This document shows positions 1-8,859 of a DNA stretch of 48,652 bases, one piece after another. The DNA is from Fusobacterium sp. (GTDB taxonomy: Bacteria; Fusobacteriota; Fusobacteriia; Fusobacteriales; Fusobacteriaceae): the NCBI GenBank assembly GCA_020024915.1, contig JAHHSZ010000001.1, positions 1-48,652 of the forward strand, given 5' to 3'. The translations under genes and the position numbers were made by a program. Position 1 is the first letter of the stretch, and the number at the start of each line of letters is the position of its first letter. The notes under the pieces were generated by a model. It did no database searches, was not told the origin of the DNA, and saw only the letters and a program-made list of their open reading frames with translations.

Positions 1-508
1 TTTTTCTTCTTCCTGTAATCGTAATTGGTTCTCTTTTTCTTTCTTTAATAAAAAATTTGTAGCAATTCTTTTATTTTCATTTTATGCTTTATAGAGAAAT
101 CTATCCCAAATTGTTTAAAAAGTCCTCCTTATCTGATTTATACAATATATTATACCTAAAAACTCTTTAAAAGTTAAGTTTGACTTTTTTTAATTTACGG
201 ACTATTTTTAAGATAAAATAAAAGTTTTGTAAGAAAATTAGATAGGATGTCTAACTGACATTTTTCACTCCACTTCAGTTGTCTTGGACTTATAATGAAA
301 AGTATGAGAATCTCTTTTCTTAGTAATTTTCTAAAACACTTTGAATTCCATTTTTTTCAAAAGAGTAGCAAGGAATTTGGTTAGAAAAAGAAATATGATT
401 TATTTTTATTTACAAGAAAGAGTATTAGTAATGATATTTTTCCAAAATATCCAAGGAATCGCCTTTAATGACTAAAGTGTTTTTTTGTTTCATTTTAAAA
501 AAAATATA

Positions 509-517
509 TGTTATAAT
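509..517 (+). promoter_or_regulatory. Extended -10 promoter (TGtTATAAT) for the aminopeptidase-GT4/deacetylase-coaX unit
   Basis: TG at 509-510 and TATAAT at 512-517, just upstream of RBS GAGGTG (532-537). Confidence 0.6.
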
Positions 518-543
518 AAAAAAAATATACTGAGGTGGTTTTT

Positions 544-1659
544 ATGGATAATAGAATTTTACAACTTGCAAAAAACTTAGTTTCTCACTCTTGTAAAGTT
601 GAAAAGGGAGAGCGTGTTCTTATAGAGATCTTTGGAGAGGCTCCTAAAAATTTGGCAAAAGCTCTAGTTAAAGAGGTAGCTAATGTTGGAGGACTACCCT
701 TTGTAACATTAAAAGATCAATCTATTACTAGAGAGCTTATTAAGAACTCTACTAAAGAGCAGCTTGAACTGATGGCTAAGTATGAATTAGAAAGAATGAG
801 AGATATGGATTGCTATATTGGAATTAGAGGAGGTGAAAATACGGCAGAATTATCTGATGTTGCAGAGGATAAAATGAGACTTTACTCTGATTATCTCTCA
901 ATACCTGTACATCTAAAAGAGAGAGTTAACAACACTAAGTGGGTGGTTTTAAGATACCCTAACAACTCTATGGCTCAACTTGCAAATACCTCTTTAGAAA
1001 GTTTTGAGGATTTCTATTTTGATGTTTGTTGCTTAGATTACTCTAAAATGGAAAAGGCTATGGATTCTCTATCTCAACTTTTAGAAAGATCTAATAAAGT
1101 TAGAATAATTGGTCCAGGTACAGATATCTCTTTCTCTATTAAAAATATACCTAATGTTAAATGTTTTGGTCGTAGAAATATCCCTGATGGGGAGGTTTAT
1201 ACAGCACCTATCAGAAATAGTGTAAATGGAGTTATATCTTACAATACACCATCTGTATATGAGGGATTTACTTTTGAAAATATAGTGTTTGAGTTTAAAG
1301 ATGGAAAGATTATAAAAGCTACTTCTAATAATACAGAAAAGTTAAATGAAATTTTAAATTCTGATGAAGGAGCCAGATATATTGGAGAGTTTGCCTTTGG
1401 AGTGAACCCATATATTTTAAAACCTATGAAAGATACATTATTTGATGAAAAGATTTCTGGAAGTATACACTTTACTCCTGGTCAAGCTTATAAACTAGCT
1501 GACAATGGAAATAAATCTAGTATTCACTGGGATTTAGTTCTTATCCAAAGACCTGAATTTGGTGGTGGAGAGATTTGGATAGATGATGTTTTAATCAGAA
1601 AAGATGGAATTTTTGTATTAGAAGAATTAAAAGTTCTAAATCCTGAAAATTTAAAATAA
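544..1659 (+). CDS. M29 family (AmpS/aminopeptidase II-like) metallo-aminopeptidase
   Basis: Motifs NIPDGEVYTAP, IGEFAFGVN, LFDEKISGSIHF, SSIHWDLV. ATG at 544 follows RBS GAGGTG; the ORF track starts at GTG 535. Confidence 0.9.
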   Translation: MDNRILQLAKNLVSHSCKVEKGERVLIEIFGEAPKNLAKALVKEVANVGGLPFVTLKDQSITRELIKNSTKEQLELMAKYELERMRDMDCYIGIRGGENTAELSDVAEDKMRLYSDYLSIPVHLKERVNNTKWVVLRYPNNSMAQLANTSLESFEDFYFDVCCLDYSKMEKAMDSLSQLLERSNKVRIIGPGTDISFSIKNIPNVKCFGRRNIPDGEVYTAPIRNSVNGVISYNTPSVYEGFTFENIVFEFKDGKIIKATSNNTEKLNEILNSDEGARYIGEFAFGVNPYILKPMKDTLFDEKISGSIHFTPGQAYKLADNGNKSSIHWDLVLIQRPEFGGGEIWIDDVLIRKDGIFVLEELKVLNPENLK

Positions 1660-1672
1660 TTTGGAGGAAATT

Positions 1673-3478
1673 ATGAATATACTTATGGCTCTCTCTCAGC
1701 TTGAAGTGACAGGAGCAGAGGTTTATGGTGTTACATTGAGTGACGAACTTATAAAGAGAGGAAATAAAGTTATAATTGTTTCTGACACTCTTACGAAAAA
1801 AACTCAGGCTGAGTATATCAGGCTTGAATTTAATAAAAGAGGTTTGTCCCAGAGAATAAAACAAATTCAAACTTTACTTAAAATTATAAAAGAGAATGAT
1901 ATTCAAGTTGTTCATGCACACTCAAGAGCTTCTTCTTGGAGCTGTGAGATAGCTTGTAAAATAGCTGGTATTCCACTGATTACTACGGCACATGGAAGAC
2001 AACCAATACATCTTAGTAGAAAAATATTTAAAGCCTTTGGAGATAAGACTTTAACAGTTTGTGAAAATATAAAAAAACATCTCATAGATGAATTGGGAGT
2101 AAAGAGTAGTAAAATTGAGATTCTTAGAAATCCTATTGAGATAGCTAAATATCCATTTGCCTATTGTGATACCTTTGAGAAAGAGGAGAGAACTGTATCT
2201 ATAATTGGAAGATTATCTGGTCCTAAGGGTGAAGTTGCCTTCAAAGCTCTTGAGATTTTACAAGGTATTCCAAATATCACAACTCAAGTTATTGGTGGAA
2301 AAAATATTCCTGAAAAATTTCAAAAGTTTTTAAATAATGAAAAAATTAAATTTTTAGGCTATGTTGATAATATACCTGAAAAAATTAAAAATTCTGATGT
2401 TGTTATTGGTGCAGGAAGAGTTGGAGTGGAGAGTATTCTTTCTGGAAAACCTCTAATAGCTATTGGAGAAGCACAATATATTGGACTGATTAAAGAGGAT
2501 AATATCTCTCAAGCTTTAGAATCAAATTTTGGAGATATTAACTTTAAAAATATAAATGAATTTCACTGGAATAAGCTTAAAAAAGATATTGAAGAGAGTG
2601 TTTTCTTATCTAAAGGACAACTTTTAAGCCTTCGGGATAGTATCATCTCTGAATTTGACTTAAATACAATCATTGATAAAATTGAAAAGCTATATGCTAA
2701 AACTTATGTTGTCAAAAAAAAATATGAAGTACCTGTTGTCATGTACCATAGGGTAATAAGAGATAAAAGTGAAGGTGGAGTGCATGGAATCTATGTTACA
2801 GAAAGTGATTTTGAGAAACAACTTCAATACTTAAAAGACAATAACTATGAGGTTATAACTTTTAAAGATCTCCTAGACAATAAATATAAAGAGCGTTTTA
2901 ATTCAGGGAAAAAACAGATTATTCTCACTTTTGATGATGGTTATGTGGATAACTATAAATATGCCTTCCCACTCCTTAAAAAATTTAATTTTAGATGTGT
3001 TATCTACCTACTTTCTGATTTAGATTATAATAAATGGGATGTAGATGTAAAAGATAATCCAGAACATAGATTTGAACTTATGAATTTAGAGATGATAAAA
3101 GAGATGGACGAATATGGTATAGAGTTCGGTGGTCATACTAAAACTCATCCTAAATTAGCAACTATACCTCCTGAAATAGCTCAAGTTGAGATTTTTGATT
3201 CTAAAGATATATTAGAAAAAAAATTGGGACATAAATTGATATCATTTGCTTATCCTTATGGTAATCTCAATGAAGAAGTTAAGGAGATGATCAAAAATGC
3301 TGGTTATGAATTTGCTGTAGCAACTGATTCTGGAGATATATCATTTTCAGAAGATCTTTTCCAAATTAGAAGAATTGGATTTTTCTCTACAAATAACTTC
3401 TTTACATTCAAAAGAAAAGTATCTGGAAAATATAATTTCATAAAAATAAAGCGAGAACAAAAAAGAAAGAAAATTTAA
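1673..3478 (+). CDS. Fusion of a GT4 glycosyltransferase (N-term) and a CE4 polysaccharide deacetylase (C-term)
   Basis: GT-B start MNILMALSQLEVTGAE and VHAHSR; C-terminal VVMYH, LTFDDG, HTKTH, FAYPYG. ATG 1673 follows GGAGG. Confidence 0.85.
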   Translation: MNILMALSQLEVTGAEVYGVTLSDELIKRGNKVIIVSDTLTKKTQAEYIRLEFNKRGLSQRIKQIQTLLKIIKENDIQVVHAHSRASSWSCEIACKIAGIPLITTAHGRQPIHLSRKIFKAFGDKTLTVCENIKKHLIDELGVKSSKIEILRNPIEIAKYPFAYCDTFEKEERTVSIIGRLSGPKGEVAFKALEILQGIPNITTQVIGGKNIPEKFQKFLNNEKIKFLGYVDNIPEKIKNSDVVIGAGRVGVESILSGKPLIAIGEAQYIGLIKEDNISQALESNFGDINFKNINEFHWNKLKKDIEESVFLSKGQLLSLRDSIISEFDLNTIIDKIEKLYAKTYVVKKKYEVPVVMYHRVIRDKSEGGVHGIYVTESDFEKQLQYLKDNNYEVITFKDLLDNKYKERFNSGKKQIILTFDDGYVDNYKYAFPLLKKFNFRCVIYLLSDLDYNKWDVDVKDNPEHRFELMNLEMIKEMDEYGIEFGGHTKTHPKLATIPPEIAQVEIFDSKDILEKKLGHKLISFAYPYGNLNEEVKEMIKNAGYEFAVATDSGDISFSEDLFQIRRIGFFSTNNFFTFKRKVSGKYNFIKIKREQKRKKI

Positions 3479-3489
3479 GGTGGTGTATA

Positions 3490-4263
3490 ATGTTAATTAC
3501 TGTTGATATTGGAAATACTCATATCGTTACTGGTCTATTTGATAAAGCTGGAAAATTACTCTTAACTTTTAGAGTGTCTACTAATGATAGACTTACTGAA
3601 GATGAATATTTTTCATACTTTAGAAATATTTCAAAATTTAATGGGGTAGAGATCAAAAGAGTAAGTGGGATTATCATCTCATCTGTTGTTCCCAATCTGA
3701 TTACAATCTTTCAGTTCTTTGGAAGAAAGTATTTCAACATAGAACCTATGATAGTTGACTTAGAGAAAAAACTTCCATTCTCTTTTGCTAAAAATATGAA
3801 CCCTACAGGTTTTGGTGCTGATAGAATAATTGATATAGTTCAAGCTTTAGCTGATTATCCAGATAAAAATCTTATCATTATTGATCTAGGAACTGCTACC
3901 ACCTTTGATGTTTTAAAGAGAAATATATACATTGGTGGAGCTATTCTTCCAGGAATTGAAATGAGTATCAACGCTCTCTGTGGAAATACAGCTAAACTAC
4001 CTAAAGTTAAATTCACTACTCCAGAGTGTGCTTTAGGTTCTGATACAATTTCACAAATTCAGTCAGGAATATTTTATGGTTATGCTGGTCAAATAAAACA
4101 CATTATCAAGAAAATTAAAGAGGAAATAGGAGAGGAGTGCTTTGTTGTTGCAACAGGTGGTCTTGGAAAACTACTTTCTGCAGAGATTGATGAGATTGAT
4201 GTGTATGAAGCTGATTTGAGTATCAAAGGGCTTCATACTATATACCTTACCAACAAAAATTAA
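3490..4263 (+). CDS. coaX: Type III pantothenate kinase
   Basis: VDIGNT, GADR, IDLGTATTFD, GGAILPG and VATGG motifs. Confidence 0.93.
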   Translation: MLITVDIGNTHIVTGLFDKAGKLLLTFRVSTNDRLTEDEYFSYFRNISKFNGVEIKRVSGIIISSVVPNLITIFQFFGRKYFNIEPMIVDLEKKLPFSFAKNMNPTGFGADRIIDIVQALADYPDKNLIIIDLGTATTFDVLKRNIYIGGAILPGIEMSINALCGNTAKLPKVKFTTPECALGSDTISQIQSGIFYGYAGQIKHIIKKIKEEIGEECFVVATGGLGKLLSAEIDEIDVYEADLSIKGLHTIYLTNKN

Positions 4264-4306
4264 GTTAAAGTTTGTAATAACTCTTTTTTTCTTCAAAAAA
4301 AATTTC

Positions 4307-4335
4307 TTGTATTAATTCCTATTTAATGATATAAT
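4307..4335 (+). promoter_or_regulatory. Sigma70-type promoter of the cold-shock gene, giving a ~130-nt 5' UTR
   Basis: TTGTAT (4307-4312), 17-bp spacer, TG at 4327-4328, TATAAT (4330-4335). Confidence 0.7.
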
Positions 4336-4381
4336 GAGTACATAGAGAACTAATTTGATAAATTAAACACTAACTTTTTTT

Positions 4382-4415
4382 CACGTTTCAAAAGCAGATA
4401 ACCACGTTTCAAAAG
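4382..4415 (+). repeat. 13-bp direct repeat CACGTTTCAAAAG x2 in the csp leader
   Basis: Exact copies at 4382-4394 and 4403-4415 (21-bp period). Confidence 0.9.
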
Positions 4416-4473
4416 TTTTAGCGTTTGTTTTTTCTATTTTGGTTTTATCTAAAATTTTTGGAGGTGCATTTTA

Positions 4474-4674
4474 ATGCTAAAAGGAACTGTAAAATGGTTT
4501 AATAAAGACAAAGGGTTTGGATTTATTTCTGGAGAAGATGGAAACGATTATTTCGTACACTACTCTAACATAAACGCTAAAGGATTCAGATCATTAGAAG
4601 AAGGACAAGCAGTATCATTTGAAGTAACTGAAGGGGCTAAAGGTCCAGTTGCTTCTAACGTAACAGTAGCTTAA
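4474..4674 (+). CDS. cspA: Cold-shock protein (CspA family)
   Basis: [14 protein letters not shown] (RNP1), FVHYS (RNP2); 66 aa; RBS GGAGGT. Confidence 0.95.
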   Translation: MLKGTVKWFNKDKGFGFISGEDGNDYFVHYSNINAKGFRSLEEGQAVSFEVTEGAKGPVASNVTVA

Positions 4675-4690
4675 TTTATTGAAAGTAATT

Positions 4691-4717
4691 CAGGGTGCTG
4701 AAGGGTACCCTGTTTTT
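4691..4717 (+). terminator. Intrinsic terminator after csp
   Basis: CAGGGTGC-loop-GTACCCTG followed by TTTTT. Confidence 0.85.
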
Positions 4718-4740
4718 ATCTAAAAATTGGAGAAAATATT

Positions 4741-4905
4741 ATGAATAAATTGAGAAAAAAAAGACTCCATTGGTTAGTAAATACTTTAGTTAAACTGTTT
4801 TTATTTCCATTGCTTATTGTAGGACTTTTATTGAGGTTATATGATAAGATTTTCAAAAAAGATAAGAAAAAGAAAAAAAGAGTGTTATACAATTTGTGGT
4901 ATTAG
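4741..4905 (+). CDS. Small (54 aa) basic single-pass membrane protein, not in the ORF track
   Basis: RBS GGAG at 4729-4732; MNKLRKKRLHWLVNTLVKLFLFPLLIVGLLLRLYDKIFKKDKKKKKRVLYNLWY*; one hydrophobic segment flanked by K/R clusters. Confidence 0.55.
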   Translation: MNKLRKKRLHWLVNTLVKLFLFPLLIVGLLLRLYDKIFKKDKKKKKRVLYNLWY

Positions 4906-4910
4906 TATAT

Positions 4911-4997
4911 GCATGGGTGGCGGAATGGTAGACGCGCAAGGTTGAGGTCCTTGTAGGTAGTTCTCCTGTGAGAGTTCAAATCTCTTCTCATGCACCA
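4911..4997 (+). tRNA. tRNA-Leu (anticodon GAG)
   Basis: Acceptor stem GCATGGG/CTCATGC plus ACCA; anticodon arm CAAGG-TTGAGGT-CCTTG; long variable arm; T-loop GTTCAAATC; encoded CCA. Confidence 0.96.
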
Positions 4998-5008
4998 TTT
5001 TAACAACT

Positions 5009-5041
5009 AAGAGGGTAAATATATCCTCTTTTATTTTTTTT
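5009..5041 (+). terminator. Intrinsic terminator after tRNA-Leu
   Basis: AAGAGGGTA-AATA-TATCCTCTT followed by a T-rich tract. Confidence 0.75.
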
Positions 5042-5126
5042 ACATATAAAAAATTTAAAGCAAAGTATTTAAAAATATGATACAATAGGAAACAAGAAAT
5101 ATAAACTTAATTTTAAAGGAGAAAAC

Positions 5127-6791
5127 ATGAAGCTGACTAAAAAAGAAAAAATCATCATTATTTGTTCAGTAGCAGTAATCTGTTTGAGTCTTTATGCATC
5201 TAGTAAAAAGGATAGTTTAATAGATGGATTAGCAAATAGTCAAATTTTTTCAAAATCTTATCAAGAAAGTAGAAAAAAAAGATTTGAAAAGGAGATAGAT
5301 AGAAAATTAACTAGCAGCACTCTGGTTAAATACATAAAAAAACTCTCTCTTCAAAAACTTGAAGTTGTGAATAATTTATTAAATGATGAGGCCTTAATAC
5401 AGGTATTAAATACTAAAGTTAAAGAAGATTACAGCTCTGCAAATTACTTTTCCAATGATGTATCTTACAAAGAAGCTTCCTCTCTGTATAGTGCGAGTAA
5501 GGGCTTTAGAGAGTTAAGCCTACTATCTGAAAATATAAAAAATTATTTAGATAACAGTTTCCCCAATTTTGATTATAATTCAATTGTTGATAACGAAGGA
5601 AAAATTCCTAAATTAATTACTGCAAAGGATAAAATTTTAAAACTTACACCTAACAAGGAGCTAAAATCTATAATTACTCAATTAGATAAGGAACAATTGG
5701 ATAAATTAAACTCTATTGTTAACAACAATGGTGGTATGATTGAATTTTTAAATTTAAATGATAAATTTGTAACTGAAGTTAAAGAGAGTTGTCATAATTT
5801 ATTAACTCGTGGACTTTCTATAGAATCTCTAGAAAAATTAGTTTCTTTGAGTAAGAGAATAGACGAGCTTTCTAATCTTGACGAAAGATTTAAAACATTT
5901 ATCTCTCAAAATTTTGAAGGAGTAGATTTTAAAAAAATCTATCTTTATGGTGAATTCTATCTAACTGATAAAAATAGTAATGTTGAGTTAGAAAAAGAGT
6001 ATAGAAAAAAAATATATACATTTAGTGATCCTTTCATTAAATTAAATCCTTATGGAAGAACTCCACTTACAGCCCTTATGAAAATTGAGCCTACTGAGGC
6101 TAATAAAAAGGTTAAAGTTTTAGTTAGAGGACAGTTTGATAGTGAAAACTACTCATACACTACAACCATAAATGAATTGGGTGAATTTCCTATAGTTGGT
6201 TTATATCCTAAATATGAAAATAAAGTTAAAATAACTTTAGAGAATGGTAAGGAAAAAGATATAACTATTACAACAGGAAAACTAGATGATATTCTTCCTA
6301 CTATAGTCATTGAGAAAAAAATCCCTAACAAGATGGAAAATGGAATGAACCTAGTTTCATTTAATACTAAAGAGAAAGCTCTACCATTTGTATTTGATAT
6401 CAATGGAAATATTAGATATGTACTAGATATCTCTTCTACTATGAACAAGGCTTACGTAGGAAAAGAGAATAATGAATGGATAGTAGCCAATGACAAGGCT
6501 GTATTTACCTTCGATATTTTGGGAAAGATTTTAAGCACTAGAAATCCTGAATATTATGCTGAAAATGAAAATTGGAAAAATGGTGTGTTATTTAGAGAAA
6601 TACAGTATTTACCTAAGCTCAATAATCAGTTAGCTGTTTATGGTTTTAGTGATAAAGTTTATCCAAGTGGTGTTTTTTCAGAACTAGGAATTGATAGTAA
6701 ACAAGAGCTATTTAAAGCTAGACTTTATTTTGATAAGAATAGTTTTGAAGAGAACAATATACTATCAGGTAGAAGAATAGAACTTTTTTAG
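5127..6791 (+). CDS. Membrane-anchored protein with a duplicated helical region and an aryl-sulfate sulfotransferase N-terminal (Ig-like) domain
   Basis: N-terminal TM segment; LNPYGRTPLTA...PIVGLYPKYENKV...FDINGNIRYVL resembles the ASST N-terminus; the C-terminal part is too short for a full ASST propeller. Confidence 0.65.
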   Translation: MKLTKKEKIIIICSVAVICLSLYASSKKDSLIDGLANSQIFSKSYQESRKKRFEKEIDRKLTSSTLVKYIKKLSLQKLEVVNNLLNDEALIQVLNTKVKEDYSSANYFSNDVSYKEASSLYSASKGFRELSLLSENIKNYLDNSFPNFDYNSIVDNEGKIPKLITAKDKILKLTPNKELKSIITQLDKEQLDKLNSIVNNNGGMIEFLNLNDKFVTEVKESCHNLLTRGLSIESLEKLVSLSKRIDELSNLDERFKTFISQNFEGVDFKKIYLYGEFYLTDKNSNVELEKEYRKKIYTFSDPFIKLNPYGRTPLTALMKIEPTEANKKVKVLVRGQFDSENYSYTTTINELGEFPIVGLYPKYENKVKITLENGKEKDITITTGKLDDILPTIVIEKKIPNKMENGMNLVSFNTKEKALPFVFDINGNIRYVLDISSTMNKAYVGKENNEWIVANDKAVFTFDILGKILSTRNPEYYAENENWKNGVLFREIQYLPKLNNQLAVYGFSDKVYPSGVFSELGIDSKQELFKARLYFDKNSFEENNILSGRRIELF

Positions 6792-6808
6792 TGGAGTAGG
6801 AGATAAAA

Positions 6809-8065
6809 ATGGAACAAGAAAAAGGAATGACTTTAAATACGATATATATTTTAATATTAGGTAGCATTTTTTATTTAGAAAAATACATCTTTATATCACA
6901 TGAAAATCTATTCTCTCTTTACTCTATAATAGGTTTTTTCATTCTTATGTTAACTGCATATGTCACTGATAATATGAAATTTCAAAGATATAAAGATAAA
7001 TTTGTCAATTTTATTTTAATTGCTGTTGTAGATATTATCTGTTTTATGATTTGGTTTTTTTATAGCTGGGATCTATCTTTAATACCATATATGCTTATCT
7101 TTATAGCATCACAAATCTTATTGACTGTACTTATCAGTATAGCTGTTTTTAAGATTAAAAATGTCACTATCTATGGTAAGGGTGAAATGAAAAAGAGAGT
7201 TGTTGATAGTATTCAACACTTTTCTGACTACAGATATATTGATTTTAAAGAGAGTGATGATCTTGTAAAATTTACAAAAGAGAATGATATTTCTCTAATT
7301 ATTCTTTGTAAGGAAAAATTAGAAAGCAAGGAGATTAGAAATATACTCTCTCTTAAACTAGGTGGTATCGAAGTTAAAAGCTATTTTGACTATATGATTG
7401 AAAATGAAGGCAAGATTGAAGTTGAATTTATAAATGAAGAGTGGTTACTACAAGCCTATGGTTTTAAAATCTTACGTAGTCAAATTCAAAATAATATAAA
7501 GAGATTATTTGATATTATCATGGCTATTATTATCGGAGTAATGGCTCTTCCTGTTATGATTGTTGCTGCTATTATAGTTAGACTTGAAAGTCCTGGTCCT
7601 GTAATATATAGTCAAGATAGAGTGGGAGAAAATGGAAAAGAGTTCAAAGTTCACAAATTTAGAAGTATGAGAAATGATGCTGAGAAAGATGGGGCTAAAT
7701 GGGCTCAAGTTAATGATCCTAGAGTTACTAAGTTTGGTAATTTTATGAGAAAGACAAGAATTGATGAGTTACCTCAACTTGTCAATGTCTTTAAAGGGCA
7801 GATGAGTTTTATTGGACCAAGACCAGAAAGAATGGTTTTTATTAAAGAATTAGAAAAAGAGATTCCATACTACAATTTAAGACACATGGTTAAACCTGGG
7901 CTTACTGGTTGGGCTCAAGTTATGTATCCATATGGTGCTAGTGTTGAAGATGCTAGAAAAAAATTGGAATATGATCTTTACTATATTAAGCACCACAGTC
8001 TTTATTTAGATTTGATAATTATGTTTATGACATTTAAAACTGTTATATTTGGAAAAGGAAGATAA
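6809..8065 (+). CDS. Priming polyprenyl-phosphate glycosylphosphotransferase (WcaJ/EpsE-like sugar transferase)
   Basis: KRLFDI, ESPGPVIYSQDRVG, KFRSM, DPRVT, IDELPQL, MSFIGPRPE, VKPGLTGWAQV, YDLYYI. Confidence 0.93.
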   Translation: MEQEKGMTLNTIYILILGSIFYLEKYIFISHENLFSLYSIIGFFILMLTAYVTDNMKFQRYKDKFVNFILIAVVDIICFMIWFFYSWDLSLIPYMLIFIASQILLTVLISIAVFKIKNVTIYGKGEMKKRVVDSIQHFSDYRYIDFKESDDLVKFTKENDISLIILCKEKLESKEIRNILSLKLGGIEVKSYFDYMIENEGKIEVEFINEEWLLQAYGFKILRSQIQNNIKRLFDIIMAIIIGVMALPVMIVAAIIVRLESPGPVIYSQDRVGENGKEFKVHKFRSMRNDAEKDGAKWAQVNDPRVTKFGNFMRKTRIDELPQLVNVFKGQMSFIGPRPERMVFIKELEKEIPYYNLRHMVKPGLTGWAQVMYPYGASVEDARKKLEYDLYYIKHHSLYLDLIIMFMTFKTVIFGKGR

Positions 8066-8067
8066 TT

Positions 8068-8859
8068 ATGTTAACAATTTTTACCCCTGTATACAATAGA
8101 GAAGATACACTTGAAAGACTGTTTTATAGCTTACTTAAACAGACATGTAAAGAGTTTCAATGGGTGATTATAAATGATGGCTCTAGTGATAACAGTGAAA
8201 AACTTATAAAAGAGTTTATCCAAAACTCTCCCTTTGAAATCATCTACAAATATGTAGAGAATGGTGGAAAGATGAGAGCTATTAATGAGGGTGTAACTCT
8301 GGCAACTGGTGAGTACTTTTTTATAGTGGATAGTGATGACTATATTTCTGAAGATTGTGTTGAAAAGATCTTATCCTATGGAAAGGAGCTTCCCTCTAAT
8401 CTAGGGGGAATGATCTTTAGAAAGATCAATCTCCTAACTAATGAGATCACTGGAAAACCCTTTCCTAAACATATTCTTGATTCATCACCTATTGAGATTG
8501 TCTATAAGTTGGGAATAGATGGAGATAAAGCAGAGGTATTCCGAACTGCACTCTTAAAAGAACATCCATTTCAAGTACATACTGGGGAAAAGTTTATTCC
8601 AGAGGCAATTATTTGGATAAAAATTGGTGAAAAATATAAGATGAGATACATTGATGAAGGAATCTACTATTTTGAGTATCTTGAAACAGGTTATACTAAT
8701 AACTTTAAAAGATTACTACAAAATAATCCAAAAGGATTTACTGATTACTACAAATTTATGTTATCTCACCCTATTCCACTAAAAAATAGATTAAAATTTT
8801 TTATTCGTTATATACAGTGTATATACTATAATATGATCAATAAAGGAGGCAAGCTTTGA
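8068..8859 (+). CDS. GT2 family glycosyltransferase
   Basis: TIFTPVYNRE, INDGSSD, VDSDD. Confidence 0.9.
   Translation: MLTIFTPVYNREDTLERLFYSLLKQTCKEFQWVIINDGSSDNSEKLIKEFIQNSPFEIIYKYVENGGKMRAINEGVTLATGEYFFIVDSDDYISEDCVEKILSYGKELPSNLGGMIFRKINLLTNEITGKPFPKHILDSSPIEIVYKLGIDGDKAEVFRTALLKEHPFQVHTGEKFIPEAIIWIKIGEKYKMRYIDEGIYYFEYLETGYTNNFKRLLQNNPKGFTDYYKFMLSHPIPLKNRLKFFIRYIQCIYYNMINKGGKL

Noticed and set aside
230..335. Faint glycine-riboswitch-like words on the - strand (AGAGA...CTGAAG...TCAG)
   Set aside because: The core GGAGA, CCGAAG and CAGG motifs are all mismatched, and the predicted promoter lies downstream of it.
4885..5085. 66-aa - strand ORF from the track
   Set aside because: It is the antisense reading of tRNA-Leu.
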